This document shows, one piece after another, positions 32,325-47,700 of a stretch of 64,000 nucleotides of DNA. Position 1 is the stretch's first letter; every line of letters starts with the position of its first letter. Source of the DNA: the human T2T-CHM13v2.0 reference genome, Homo sapiens; the NCBI RefSeq assembly GCF_009914755.1, contig NC_060926.1. The stretch is one strand, 5' to 3'. The translations under genes and the position numbers were made by a program. Under the pieces are notes generated by a model. The model was not told the DNA's origin and did no database searches. It was given only the letters and a program-made list of their open reading frames with translations.

Positions 32325-32630
32325 ACACGCTAAGTAAAGTAAACCAGCACAAAATAAATGTTCTATGATTCCACTTACATAAGGTAGGTAGAATAGGCAA
32401 ATTCACAGAGGCAGAATACAGAATAGAGGCTACCAGGGGTCAGGATGAGAGGGGAATAAGGAATTGTTGCTTAAAGGTTACAGACTTTCCATTTGGAGAG
32501 TTGAAAAAGTTCTGGAAAGAGACAGGGGTGATGGTTGCACAACACTGTGAATGTAATTAATGCTACTCAGTTGTAAGCTTAAAAACGTTTAGAATGGCAA
32601 ACTTCATGTTATGTATATTTTACCATAAGA
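32325..32630 (+). mobile_element. L1MB-like 3' end
   Basis: tatgattccacttacataaggt...gaataggcaaattcacagag...ggtgatggttgcacaacactgtgaatgta. Confidence 0.85.
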
Positions 32631-32724
32631 AAACATGTCTAGAGTCACAGAGAATATGTTTAGGAGATGGAGCACATTGGAAGTTGCATGCACTTGCAAA
32701 TTGTTCTTTTCATTACAATTTTCA

Positions 32725-33078
<354 letters not shown>

Positions 33079-34454
33079 TCATGATCACCTATGAGATGCA
33101 CAAGGCAGGTACTGGTACCTCTACTTATTTAAATGGGTCAAAACCCTGAGCACCTGGGGTTTTGCAATCAAAAGCCGACCTTAGGTATTTCAACTCTTCC
33201 TCAAGTAAGAATAAGTAAGCCACAGAAAGATGCAATCATAAGGTTTTCAAATTGGAACAGCTAAGGACTATTTAATAAGGGAGGACGATGCCTAAGGTCT
33301 GCTAAATTAGGATGCTCAGGACAGCCAGTGGCAGAGGAAAGAGGCTGCAAGTGGTTACTCACAGAGACATCAGAGGAAAAGGAAGAGGTGCCAGCACTTA
33401 AACACACTTTGAAAGGTGAAATCAAAAATAAATACGCAGACACACAACCACAATCTGTACTTTCCAAGCATCTGGCCAGACAGAGAACGGCTAAATCATT
33501 ACTTCCCTGTTTTAAATATATATATGCCTCAGGCTACAATTGTGGCACTTTTATGGACTTCTCCATACCTTTCTTCCACCTTCAAAACTGCTCTTTTGAA
33601 CTTCAGACCACTGGGGTGTTCAAGAAAGTATGAACTATCCACTGAATCATTCCCTTTGTAATTGCCAAACTCAAGTGAAGAATCACCTAAAATGGTTTGG
33701 CTTAGGGGTAATAAGGAAGAATTATTTCAATAACAGGAATCTTTTACTCATGAGTTGAGTCTATTTTTGAAAAACCCAACAAGCCACCTTTCTCACCTAA
33801 GGTGAGTAGTACTGGATGCCTCACTCTCTTCTTCCTATATTGAAAGGGTTTTAGTTCCTCCCTCAGATTCACTGTTATATCCCCAGCCCATCGCAAAGTG
33901 CCTGATTCTTAATCAGGACTCCAGGAATGCTGGTGGAAATATACTGTTGAATTACTGTTTCACCTTGCTTAGAACAAAAATGCATTCTTTTTTACTTTAT
34001 ACAGGCTGAACTATAAAAACTGCATGCATCTGTTCTATGACAACTACCAACAAAATAGGCGCGCTTATCTCCACACTAAATTACAATCTAGCTATGCAAT
34101 TTAAGTGAATAATCTGGAATGTTTAAGGATAATGGCTGTAGGATGAATGCCAGGGTCCACATTACATATCCATGATAGCTGAAAAGAGCTATCCCAGTGA
34201 GATTTTCCATAATCACACAACATATCAGAAGCCTAAATCAAATCTCACCCAAATCTAAACAACAGATATGAGCCCCTGTTTAACCGAAATGTGCTGGGCA
34301 TCAATCACCAAATTACTCTATTCACTGTTTCTAGTTCAAAATGTTTTGGAACTGCCAAGAACACTGTAATAATAATAAAACTTTACATACTAATAAAACT
34401 ATACTTTATGAAACATTTTTAAACTTAATTCATTAAGCACATCAGAGAATTGGT

Positions 34455-34635
34455 TAACTGAGAGTGGTACTCCTCCTGTCATGGGACCTTTGGCAACATC
34501 TGGAGACATTTTGGTTGTCACAACTGGGGGAAGGGGTATAGTGGCATGTTAGTGGCATCTAGTGGGTAATGGACGGGGATGCTGCAAGGCACAGGACAGC
34601 CCCCCACCACAAAGAATTATCCTGCTAAAAGGTTA
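34455..34635. mobile_element. MER20 hAT DNA transposon
   Basis: tttggcaacatctggagacattttggttgtcacaactggggg...gcacaggacagccccccaccacaaagaattatc. Confidence 0.85.
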
Positions 34636-35137
34636 AATTCCTGCATTATAGTAACAGCTACATACAAAATATATATTATGCTGAATGCTGTGGACACAAA
34701 GATCAATAAGAGATGGCCTCTGTTATTGTGGACAGTCCATCTAGTGATGGAAACTGACAGGTAACAATGACAACAGGCTGAGATAAGTGCTGTGACAGGG
34801 TTATTTACAAAGGCTACTAAGAGCAGAAGTAGCAACTACTTCAACCAGGAGGTTGAGGCACTTCACTAGCAGTGTCTTTCCAGCTGGAATCTGAAAGATA
34901 ATTTCATCAAGTAGAAAAGAATAGTGCATTCTAGCCAGGTGAAATCATGCATGCAAAAGCAAGCAAGTGTCAAACTGAAGGACTCTAGAGTCACCAGGAT
35001 TGTGTGCAGGGGCTTTCAAAGCCAGAGATTAACAAGGTACATCTCCCTAAAGAACCAATCTCATGTGGAGAGAAGGAGATTACTAACTTAACAGGCAAAA
35101 TGATTTTATGCCATTTTAAAAATATTTAAAACACAGG

Positions 35138-35457
35138 GGCCAGGAGCAGTGGCTCACGCCTATAATCCCAGCACTTTGGGAGGCTGAGGCAGATGGATCA
35201 TGAGGTCAGAAGATCGAGACCATCCTGGCTAACATGGTGAAATCACGTCTCTACTAAAAATACAAAAAAAAAATACCCAGGCGTGGTGGCACATGCCTGT
35301 GGTCCCAGCTACTCAGGAGGCTGACGCGGGAGAATCGCTTGAACAGGGAGGCGGCAGTTGCACTGAGCTGAGATCGTGCCACTACACTTCAGCCTGGGTG
35401 ACAGAGCGAAATTCTGTCTTAAAAACAAACAAACAAACAAACAAAAAACAACAAAAC
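35138..35457 (+). mobile_element. Alu (AluS-like) with an (AAAC)n tail
   Basis: Full Alu. Confidence 0.95.
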
Positions 35458-37709
35458 AGGTATATGGACTAGAATATAAACTTGGCATTAAATTTTAAGA
35501 TAATACAGAAGGTGGCCTTGTTAGATTTTTAATGCCACACTAGTTAGGTTGCTCCCACTCTCAAGAGATATTTTGAGCAATGGTAAACATTTCAAAATAA
35601 TTAATTTCATGTGTTTGGAATATAGAATGAGTGCAGGAAGAGGGAAGAAGGTAGCTCTAGTGAAATATAAGGCTGAACAGTGTCATCTTGATGGTCTTTA
35701 TGATATGGAGTCCGTACTTCCTACAGGGTGGGTAGGGGGAGTGACTGAGGAATTATAAACAAGGAACACAGGAGAATCAGGTGGCAGGAGAAAAGTCATG
35801 AGGCAAGAAGACCTGAAATATTTTAGATGACAGATGATGAAAGAATGAACAAGGCAGTGGCACAAGGGAAAAAGATTTTAGATGGAGAAGTGATGGAACC
35901 CATAGGATCAAACAGAAGGGTGAGGGAGAAGGAACTGTTTAGGTCAGACAACTACGTGAGCAAACCATGAGAGCAGAGAGTGGAAGGGGAAAGAGGTTTT
36001 TATGATAGGGTTAAAGATGATCTCATTTGAACGTCAAGACAACCCTCCGAACTATGTGAAACATGCAAATACAATGATGCCCAGCTTATAGAAGAGTTTA
36101 ACGAGGCCCTGAGAAGTGAACAGACTTGCCCAGGATCACATATCTGGCATAAAAGAACTGAGATTAGAACCCAGGGCTCTTGGCTCCTGATCTGGATTCT
36201 CCTCACTCATGTTGCCTCTCTAGTCATATCTACAATTATAACCAAACATGATTTTCATGATACAACAGTTTGGACCAAACTTCCACATGCCTCAGAAGCC
36301 CTGGATAAATTTCTGAATTGGTAATATCAAGTTAGAGGTTTGTACACTTCCACACAAAGCCCATTTCGACTTCCATGTGAATGCAAGAGAAAATTAATTG
36401 TGAATGATTGTGAAATTTGGGAAAAATTATTGACAGCTTTTCCTAACTTGTTCTTTGTCCAGTTCCTTTGTATCACCAGTATAATCAAAATATGCATTTT
36501 ATAACTTTGTATGTAACAAGGCTTTAACATCTACATACATACCTACAGGTAGGTATTAAAATGGCCTCCATGAAAAGTCCTAAACATAAGGTCAGAATAA
36601 TGTCCTTTTCTATCTAGCTGCCTATACGTGAATGCATGCCTTCTTGATTTTTTTCGAAGCAAAAATATTAATAGCATACTTTGCTTCAGAGGATCCAAAT
36701 TCCAAAACACCCTCAAAGGCACACACACACACATTCAGTTCACATCATATCTCAATAATAATAGCTGATACTGTTTATGGTGCATCATTGCATGCCAGGC
36801 ATTAGGCCAAGCATTTTATGTAATTTCCAATCATTTAATCCTCTTTATATAACTCAGAACCATTACTACTCAGTTTTACTAACCAAACAAGGGGGGCTCA
36901 TAAAGGTAAGGTTATAGAGGCTTGTCAACCAGGACATGAATCCAGCCCTGATTCCAGGATACATGCTCTTACCCAATAGCCTTCCTATCTTCCAGAGACT
37001 CCCTTACCCTGGAACAAAGCTCATGGCACAGCAAATTTCTGTAATAGGTTTCTCATTATTTTCCCTTCAACTTAACAGACATTGTCTTAAATCATGTGTA
37101 GCAGCTCACACCAGGAAACAGATTTCCATTCAAAGCTTTAGATGATTTGTCAACCTGGGTTCATTTCTACAGCAGCCCCAATCCACCATAGGAAAAATAT
37201 TATCTCATCAGTAGAAAAAAATGAGTCCCAGCCCATGAACACAAATGGAAAAGGCAGCCCTTTCCTCCACTGCTCTTCTTTTGATCCTCTCAATCTCATT
37301 TTCATGGTTTGTATTAGTTTATGGTGCGTTCACTAAAAAACAGAGTATCACTTTTCCTCATGATGCATTTTCTTCTTGTGAATTCACTACAAAACCTCTA
37401 CAAATGTATATGATGTAAAGATCATCTCTCTACACCAGACAGGCAAAAGGCCCAATAAATCATGCATAGATGGATTTAGCATGGCTGACTCATCCAGCTG
37501 ACCAAATAAAACAACAATCTGGTGCATCCACTTTGAAACAGGGGGGTGGGGAGTAGCATCTCAGCCTGCCACTTAGCCAGCTAGTATGCTTAGGCAGTGA
37601 ATGTAAGTGCTTCTCTAAGCTCCTGTTTCTTGATCTATAAAATGGAGACACTGGTCCCTATCTCCGATGAAATATGTGAGAAGTTAATGACTGTATATGT
37701 AAAACGTCT

Positions 37710-37710
37710 A

Positions 37711-37744
<34 letters not shown>

Positions 37745-37869
37745 AGAGACAGGGTCTCGCTATCTTGCTATGTTGCCCAGGCTGGTCTCGAACTCCAAGG
37801 CTCAAGGAATCCTCTGGCCTCGGCCTCCCAAAGTGCTAGGATTACAGGTGTGAGCCACCATGCCTGGCC
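37710..37869 (-). mobile_element. Free left Alu monomer (FLAM-like) inserted in a MIR
   Basis: Single monomer with poly-T; TSD gtata(t/c)gtaaaa(c/t)gt. Confidence 0.8.
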
Positions 37870-37924
37870 CGTATACGTAAAATGTTTTAATACTCTCTCC
37901 TTACCCAGTCTCAATAAATGCTAA

Positions 37925-38224
37925 TTTTTTTTTTTTAAGAACCACCCAGGGTCTCACTCTGTCACCCAGGCTAGAGTACAGTGGTGTGATCTTGGCTGAC
38001 TGCAATCTCCACCTCCCAGTCTGAAGCAATCCTCCCAGCTCAGCCTCCTGAGTAGCTGGGACTACAGGCACATGTCACCACGCCCAGCTAACTTTTGTAT
38101 TCTTTGTAGAGATGGGGTTTCGCCATGTTACCCAGGCTGGTTTCAAACTCCTGAGCTCAAGCAATCAGCCTGCCTCAGCCTCCCAAAGTGCTGGGACTGC
38201 AGGCATGAGCTACCCCATGCCCGG
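37925..38224 (-). mobile_element. Alu (AluJ-like)
   Basis: cagggtctcactctgtcacccaggct...ctcctgagctcaagcaatc. Confidence 0.9.
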
Positions 38225-38281
38225 TTAATAAGCTATAACTTCTATTCTACAACCAGAAGCAACATAATCTTTTACACCTCA

Positions 38282-38872
<591 letters not shown>

Positions 38873-39675
38873 CTAAGGTTAACTGTAAACAAACATCCCC
38901 TGTCAGATTTGCAGTTGGAAGGCCCACCCTCACCCTCATAGAATGGCTCAGAGTTACTCTCTGAACCAAAAAATGACTTTTCAGATCCTCACCCATTCAT
39001 AGACACAGATGGGAATGCTGGGGGTCCATATTTAAAGTATAAATTGCCCAAAAGGGGAAAATTCAAAACACTTACACTAAAGGACAACACTCCTTAAATC
39101 ACACCTATCAGGCACTTTACAATAAAAGACTGCAAAGAACCTCCAGTTCTTTAGAGAGATATCTTGTTCCAGATGCCATATTTGAAAAAATAAAGAAATC
39201 ATCCCCAGAATCTCTGCAGGCCACAAAGTGTGTTTTTGTTTGTTTGTTTGTTTGTTTTGATGTGGCCCTTGGAAAGGGAAGAAAAAGATCTCCTATGTCA
39301 GGACATTCTTGGTAAACCTCCTACAAGAACAAAACTCTCCCCTCATAACACAAATGTGAAAACAGCAGAGGTGTTTATTCTTCAAATACTATGTGCTACA
39401 CATTTAAGCAGGCCTAGAGGACCCATTGAATAAGGGGCTGTGTAAAGCTACTCCTAAGGGCTATAGATTTTTAATGATTTGTCAAGCCGCCCCTAGGTTA
39501 CCACTTCACTGCTTCTGAAAACAAAGCATAAAGTAGTTGGAATGTGACTATAAAGACACCTGGGGAAGGGCCACCCTTCTCCTTCTCTCCTTCTTTCCCT
39601 CTCTCTCCTTCTTTTCATTTTGTCCAATGTCCAGAAATTAATAGACAGGACATGCTGATCTTTGCAGTGAATCTA

Positions 39676-39894
<219 letters not shown>

Positions 39895-41763
39895 CTATTT
39901 ATTAAACCTTCCCATTGTTTGTTCAATGTTAAGAAGGTCATTCAATCATCAACATCCAAGGCCCACTCAGATATTTTACAACCCAGTGCAATAAGCTATT
40001 TCTTTCTGGCCGACAATTGAGTTAGTTAACTATACAGGAAGATGGGAAGGAAAGAATGAGGTTTAATCACAGACAATCAGTTCTTTTATGTTTTCCTGTT
40101 TCTTAAATTACTTAGAAAACCATACGGATACTTCCTTCCCCCCAGAATTGTTTCACATTCTAACTTAAGGCTGATGCTAAATATACAGGACTGCTGATTT
40201 CATAGACAAAAAAAAAAGTAAGCCTTAAGTAAATATAAGATTCAGTTTTGAATTGTACAAGAAAATTCCTGTGTGTGGGCTCAGCACGCAGTTACATCCT
40301 GACTGTGGTGCGATTCCCAGTGCGAACAGCATTTGGAGCTCATGAAGCAGTTAGAGTTCGCTCCCATATCTGCGTTTCAGCAGGCAGTGGGGTTGCTTTC
40401 CCAGGCCAAATGCAATACCACGGTGATTGACCACAGATCAGAAATAGCAAAGATGCCCTCAACTTCCTTTCTTTTTTTTATTCCTCAGCTCTTTTGACAG
40501 TGACAATAGTACTTTTTCCCTGTGGATTTCCTGCTGCATATGGTAAACATGCATAACAATGAAAAAATAATAAAAATCCTTTTTAAGCTTGGGCTACGTA
40601 GAACAGCAATTTTAGGAATACCCTTGTTAGAGGAAGATTCATGGGATGGTTTCAGCAACATATGGTGAAAATGCTAACTTATTCATAAGATAGGCCCATT
40701 TTATCTGGTACACAGGGCACACGTAACATTGATGAAGAAAAATAGAGAAACCCATTTCACATATGACACAGGGTAACAAAAATTTTATTTGTAGGCGATG
40801 AAAAATCCCATGTCTCCAGGATGTCAGAAATTGCCACACATAAAAAGCAGTGATGCTTTAGTGATAAAAGAAAAACAGCATTTTTATTTTTGACAATACA
40901 GGTGAGTCCAACTACACTGTTCTTTAAAAAAATATATTATCATCAAAGAGAGAAAACACCTGTGCACCCAAGTGAACTTTTAAGAGCCTCACAAAATGAC
41001 AGCTATGGGGCAAAATTCCAGCAATAGGAAATGGACTTTCTGGTCAGGGCACGTCCTGTCCAAGATGAAATAAATGAATGCGCAATGCTTGACATAATGC
41101 TTGAAAACAGGGAATAAACAGAACAAAAATATTAAAATGATACACTGTTTCAGTATTAAGATTTAACAATCTGGTGCTGAATATGCTGCAGTATAAATAG
41201 TGCCTGGACTCAGATCCAATAAAGTAACACAGCTCTCATTCATAGTACCGTATGTCTCCAGTTCTGGCTCCTTAAGTCATATTTCACTTGCCAAGAAAAG
41301 CTGTTTTCTTGCGGGGATAGTTTTCTTAACATTCTCTCTCATGACAATGAAAAGTGCACAGCACACAGCATGTAGTAGTCATGAAATGAACATCCAGGGC
41401 CCACTGGACAGCCACCCACGAGAGAGTGGGTCTGCTTCCTTGCTTCTTTTACTCCTGACATTTGCAAATACTAAAAAGAAACCATGTAACATGTCTAACA
41501 TATTTCCTTTTTAAAAAATCATTCTACAATTTTAAATTCCTTTCAAAAGTCATTACCATGATCACCCATAAGTTGAATATAAATTGGCTGTGTTCTAAAG
41601 TCACACAGATAATATATGACAGAATGGGGGGGAATGAAGTTGACAGTTGTGCACTATGATAGGCAAGTAAAAGAAGCAGATTTTGTGGGTCATTTTGGTT
41701 ACTAAGACTAAGCAAGTAATATAAAAAAAAGGACCCTACAAGCTTCAACGCACAACTCTACAA

Positions 41764-42085
41764 GAGATTCATTCAAGCTGTTGTGGTGTCAGTAGTTGAT
41801 TCCTTTTTATTGTAAAGAAGCATTCCATTGTAAGAATACACCACACTACAGCCAGACACAACAGAATATATCTGTATGATTTCATTTATATGAAATACAA
41901 GAACAGGCAAGACTAATCTAATGGGGATAGAAGTCAGAGGGACAGAAAGGGGCATTACATAGGCAGGGACATATGGGGATTTTCTTGTTTGGCATGGTGG
42001 TTGCATGGTTATACAAATTGTCAAAATTTATCAAACTGATCACTTAATATGCATACATTTTTGTATGTAAATTATACCTCAATTT
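41764..42085 (+). mobile_element. Old L1M 3' fragment with an inverted 5' segment
   Basis: 41764-41848 is antisense L1 and 41850-42085 is sense L1 3'UTR. Confidence 0.75.
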
Positions 42086-42659
42086 TTTAGAGAGGGGAGG
42101 GAGAGAAATCTCTACAGGAAATAATAGACAACTCATTCTACTGGAAATAGAATCTCCATATAGGTAAATTCTTACCCCACCTTGATGAGCCGGAAGAAGA
42201 CTTGTTTGGGCTGGAATTAGACACACACAGGTGTTTTAACAACACTTAATACCTCCACATAGAGCAGCTGCTACAGTTTGGTTTCTATATCTTGGAAGAG
42301 AGCTGTTGGCACATGTTATTTTCCCAGGCAATGGGAAGTGTGTGCTTTTCCTTTTTTGCACCTTATTAACTAACTTGCACAGTCCTAGAAGTCATGGTCT
42401 CTGCACAGCTATTTACCAGGGTCTGCAGGTACAAGATCTGCTAGGAGAGCTATGGCCAGAAGCCCACTCTACTCCAGCCAGGTAGAGGCTTGGAGTAACT
42501 CTTAATGAGCCTTTCCTCCAAACAGGGTCTCTGTCTAACGTACTGTGTTAATCCTCTTTGCAAATACATTCTTTAGAACAGTCCTCCTTCCCTGATATAA
42601 AATAGACAAAAATATTACTTGGAATAGTAGTCAAGTGTTAATTGAGGAAATCAAATTGG

Positions 42660-42880
42660 GAAGCAGTATACCATAGTGACTAAGAATGCAGGCTTCCAAG
42701 TTAAATTGCCTCTGTTCACATCCTGGCTCTGTCACCTACTAATTATGTAACCCTACCAAGTTACTTAAAATTCTCCATACCTCAATCCTCTCATCTGTAA
42801 ACTGGAACAATAAAAGTACTGATCTTACAAGAATACTGTGCAGATTAAATGTAAAAATTATTAAAGAGCATGAATATAAT
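42660..42880 (+). mobile_element. MIR SINE
   Basis: gcagtataccatagtgactaagaatgcaggc...cctggctctgtcacctact...ctcatctgtaaa. Confidence 0.8.
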
Positions 42881-43161
42881 TTAATCTCAAAAATTTAGTC
42901 ATTCTTTTGACCTTTTTAATGTGTCTTAAAGAGAAGATATAGTCAGTTTATTTCAAAATACATTGACTCAAAAGATTTTTGATGATTATATTAGCTTTCA
43001 GTCATGTGTCTATAAAAGACTTTTGTTTTAAATCACAAAGGAGGAGTATACATCAATGTGTCCCATCTTCTATTCCCACCACTTCCCCATTCATTTCTTC
43101 CATCCTTGCTCCTCAGTGGCGTCTTTCCTTTGACCTGTAAGTAGATTCAGATCTCCCCTAC

Positions 43162-43474
43162 TTTTTTGTTTGTTTGTTTGTTTGTTTCTGACACAGGGTC
43201 TGGCTCTGTCACCCAAGCTGAAGTGTACTGGTGAGATCTCAGCTCACTGCAACCTCTGCCTCCCAGGCTCAAGCTAGCCTCCCACATCAGCCTCCCAAGT
43301 AGTTGGGACTACAGGTATATGCCACCACACCTGGCTAAGTTTTGTATTTTTATAGAGACAGGGTTTCACCATGTTGGCCAGGCTGGTCTCCAACTCCTGG
43401 GCTCAAGCGATCTATCTGCCCACCTCAGCCTTCCAAAGTGCTGAGATTACAGGCATGAGCCACTGCACCTAGCC
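43162..43474 (-). mobile_element. Alu (AluJ-like) with a (TTTG)n tail
   Basis: Reverse Alu; TSD ctcccctacttt. Confidence 0.93.
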
Positions 43475-43814
43475 CTCCCCTACTTTAAAACAAACAAAAA
43501 CACTATGACAATCTCTCTGTTCCCTCAGTCTCTTATTTTCTGCACCACCAAATCTAGTATAGGTGTACCTCCAATTTCTCCATCAGTTCTTTACCCCTGA
43601 ATATCTAGTGTCAACTCCCTCCATGAGGAAATGGAGATTCAGAAGGGATGGGTTATCTTAAGTAGCCTAGGTAATATTACTAGCAAGTAGCAGAGCTCAG
43701 ATTCACTTCAAAGACCAGGCTCTCACTCTTCTTGTTATCACACTGGCTCAAGTGAGAGGCAAACTAGAAGAAAAGACTGGTTCCAAGTTTTGGGAGGCCG
43801 TGAATGCCTGACTC

Positions 43815-44055
43815 AGTAGCACACTGTATAGGTCAAAGGTTAGGAGTAAGGTCTGGAGTCAAAGATGAGTTTACACCCAGCCTCCTCTGCTTGTCACCTG
43901 TGAGACTTTGGGCAAATTGTTTAGTCTTTCCATGTGTCCATTTCCATATCTGTAAAATGGGGATACGAACAATGCCTACCCTTTAGGGTTATCATGAGAC
44001 TTTACATGAAAAGGAGACTCTAGCACTGGGACTGCTACATAAGTGCTCCATAAAA
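43815..44055 (+). mobile_element. MIR SINE
   Basis: ctgtgagactttgggcaaattgtttagtc...catatctgtaaaatgggga. Confidence 0.75.
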
Positions 44056-44136
44056 CTTAAGGGACAATAGATCCTTGTAAGTTTCTTAGTGTACACATAA
44101 CAACAATAAAGCAAAACTTCCAGAGATTAATTTATA

Positions 44137-44374
44137 CAAGTTGAGTATTCCTTATCCAAAATCCTTGGAGAACCAGAAGCAATTCATATTTCTGATTTTT
44201 TCAGATTTTGAAATAGTTGCATTATACCTACCAGGTAGGCATCCCAAATCCAAAAATTCAAAATCTGAAATGCTCGAATGAGCATTTCCTTTGAGCACCA
44301 TGTTGACACTCAAAAGATCTCAGATTTTGGAACATTTCAGATTTCAGATTTTCAGATTTGAGATGCTCAACCGG
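44137..44374. mobile_element. Tigger4a/MER46-like MITE (TcMar-Tigger)
   Basis: Inverted ends caagttgagtattcc / gagatgctcaaccgg flanked by TA dinucleotides. Confidence 0.85.
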
Positions 44375-44717
44375 TACTGGACTGCAGGTGGATTAAAAAC
44401 AGCGCTCATTCCAAGGGGAGAAAAAAGAACCGAAATAATTCAGGTAGGTATGTCTAGTTACAATTACAACAGCCTCTTCCTGGCTTCTAAGGAGGGATGC
44501 AGACCACACCAATCACTCCAGTGTAGTGAACAAGGACAAAGAAGCAAGAACAAGTTATGTGGCCATTGAGGATAATATTGCAGCACTAGAGAAATGTCAA
44601 TAATGATGGCATAACTTAAGTATACAGATGTTATTCCCAACATTCACATTCTATAAGTTTTGTAACCCCAATTTGAAAAATGAGAAAAACTAGTGATGAT
44701 TAAATTAGGAAATATTT

Positions 44718-44737
44718 CATACACGTGCGCACGCGCG

Positions 44738-44784
<47 letters not shown>
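44718..44784. repeat. (CG)n(CA)n alternating purine-pyrimidine microsatellite
   Basis: catacacgtgcgcacgcgcgcgcgcgcgcacaca... Confidence 0.95.
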
Positions 44785-44786
<2 letters not shown>

Positions 44787-47700
44787 TTGAGTTCAGCCAG
44801 GAACATAGTAGATGCTAAATGCATGGCAATTTCCATTTTTTCTCTGAAAATTTATCACACTCTCACTCTGTCTAGAGTACTGATCCCCAATATTCACTTC
44901 TAGAAACTGTCTATATTATTGCTGAAATTCTGCCATGGGAATAATTCCAACCCAGATAACCCACCTGAAGTAATCCTTTCTCTATAACACGGTACAATAA
45001 ATATTCTTGGTTGGTTTGTATACCTTATAAAAAACCTACTTATTCACAATATCCCTTTATGTTACTTTACAGTTTGCACAGTGTTTTATACAACCATTAG
45101 TTTATCCTTATGAAAACAGCCTGGACTCAGCATTCTACCTGGAAGTAAGCTGAAGATCAAAGAATGACTTTTCAAGGACATAAGTGGATGAAAACCAGGA
45201 ATAAAACCTAGGCTTCATTTTGCAAGTTTTTGAACTACTGGGCCAATATCCTTTCTGCTCAGCTCTGCTACCGATGCCCTGAGGATGTACCCACGTCCAA
45301 GCGCCCAACCACACAAATGGGCCCCTGGAGAGGAGGGCCAGAGCACGTCCACAGTCACACATCAGGCAGTGTCTGGACATTTAATGTTAAACCAAGGAAT
45401 AAATGAGACCAATGAGCAAACAGGTGACATCACAGTCCCAGAAGTCTGAAGAGCCAGTTAAACTTGGGACTTCTCTGGAAAAAACAGTTTCCCACAACAG
45501 TGCCATTTCAGACATAAACATTGTTTTCCAATCATCTTTATTATTTACAAGGAATTTGTCATCTGCAAACATTTAGAAAATGCTTGGTGTTGAAGACTAT
45601 TACAGATGCTGTTATAAGGTCTTTGAGTCACAAATTATGGGCCTTTATTTTGGGGTTGAAATTCATACAAATGTTAACATGATTGAATTGAGCACAGTAT
45701 GAATAAAACCGTCTATATCCAGACAAATCTGTTCACTAAAATATAGAGTACCAATCTACTCAATGTGTAATGTGTACAGACCAAATAACAAAATGCAATT
45801 GTAGGTAAATTTCCCATTAGTGATATAAAATTAGATTGGGAATGGAGGCAATTTTTGTCTAAAATTAAAAAGATGCAATAATGGAAACCAGTTTTTTATT
45901 TTCTCAATGCAGTATTCTGCCAGAGTTAAAGAGCTGACATTTCACCAAAAGAAATATCAATAGTTGTTTGTGTTCATGTTTTTGGTATTTATCTCAAAGA
46001 AAACAGTTACTATTCTCAGTAAATGCATAATTCATATTTTTAGTATCATTTGCCTCTAATTATATAAAAACAAAAGAGTGGTGATAATACACATTATGGT
46101 CGATCAATATTTGATTCAAGCCTTTAGAAAGTCAATCATGTCTGAGGATAAAATAAAATGTGATAATACATTATAATCAATGAGCCATTAGAAGTGTTTG
46201 TATTAAGCATGAAGCATTCATTCAACAACTTTTTTCTTGTGTCCCTCCAACATAAGTCACTAAGATGCAAAGATAACCTCAATATATACTGTCCCTGTAA
46301 TTATGGAGCTCACAATTGAGCAGAGAAGCTTATTATTGCTAAACACATAGCTAAGTGAAACCATTCCTAAAATAAGCCAAGATGATAGCTTTTACCCCTG
46401 TACCTTAAATATGAGAAATATTTACTTCATGAAGGCCTACAACAGGCTGCCTGTGAAGTACATGAGAACAGTTCTCACAGTTTGCAGTGGCATGTAGATA
46501 GATGCTGATAAAATAGATATATATTGGGTATACTGCACAATAAAGCCTACAGTTCAATCTGTGAAACAGATATAAGCAACCCAGCAAGATATCCAGCAGT
46601 ATTCTTATAATTCAGCTGGATGGATAATTTTCTTTTATTCCAGGTGCATTTTAACATTAATTTTTAAAGCAAAATGAAAACTCAACCTGAGAAAAAAAAA
46701 TGAGACATTAGCTTTAATATCCAAAGGCTGGGGTTTGTATATCTCATAACTCCCTGGAAAAGATCTCCACAAAAGAGTGTCAATAAAAACCCCAGCCTTA
46801 GAAGAACTAAGCCTTGGGGCTTCTGGTTCTCGGTATTATTTCCACAATACCAACTGCTGATGAGGCTCCTTGTAAAAATAGGAGAACTCATGACATTGAT
46901 TGCATCTGTTTATCTTCCTCAGAGTGGTTGTGTTCATATGCTATAGCATATAATTTTCTGTTGTTCAGCTATGCTTTGTTAAAGAAATTAAAAACTGTCT
47001 ATCCTATATAATAAGAACATAGAATTATTTATCCATAAATCAGTTCACAGGAAATCACTACCCAGCAGTATATAATAATTCAGCCTGTGTTTCTAACCTG
47101 TGGCCTGACTGTGGTATATCATCAAATTGTAGCAGCAAAAAGACATAAATTGTAGTTATTATTGCTAAAGCTGTGGTGGGAATGACTTTTCAATGAGGAA
47201 AAAGAAAAAAAGGTGAAACAAAAATGGTTTTTGAAGTATACATATTTTCCTTTTTAATGCATAGTTTAGCAGTGCCCCAGTACAACTTGTTGGAATAAAC
47301 CTAACTCTTCTACACCTTCTGCTTTGATTTTAAGGACTCTCTCTATATATATTTCAACTGGCTTGCATTGGGGTAAAAGTAAGTGGAAAATGAAACAGCA
47401 TTTTTGAGTCATCTTACATTATTCAAGTGCCTTTATAACTTACACAAATTAATGAAACCTCACAACATACTTGTCTGGGAGCCTACAATGGATTTAATCC
47501 TGCATTTATGACAATACAAAAGGAAATGCCAAACAAAAATAAATAATTCAATGATTCAAAATAAACACTGAACATATACTGTCATATGAATTTATCTAAA
47601 AATCAAGAGATGCAAGTGTGTGAGCACACACACACACAATGCACTGTTTCCCATCCCCACAGATAACTTCTCTGTTTGCAAGAATTCGGTAACACTGACA

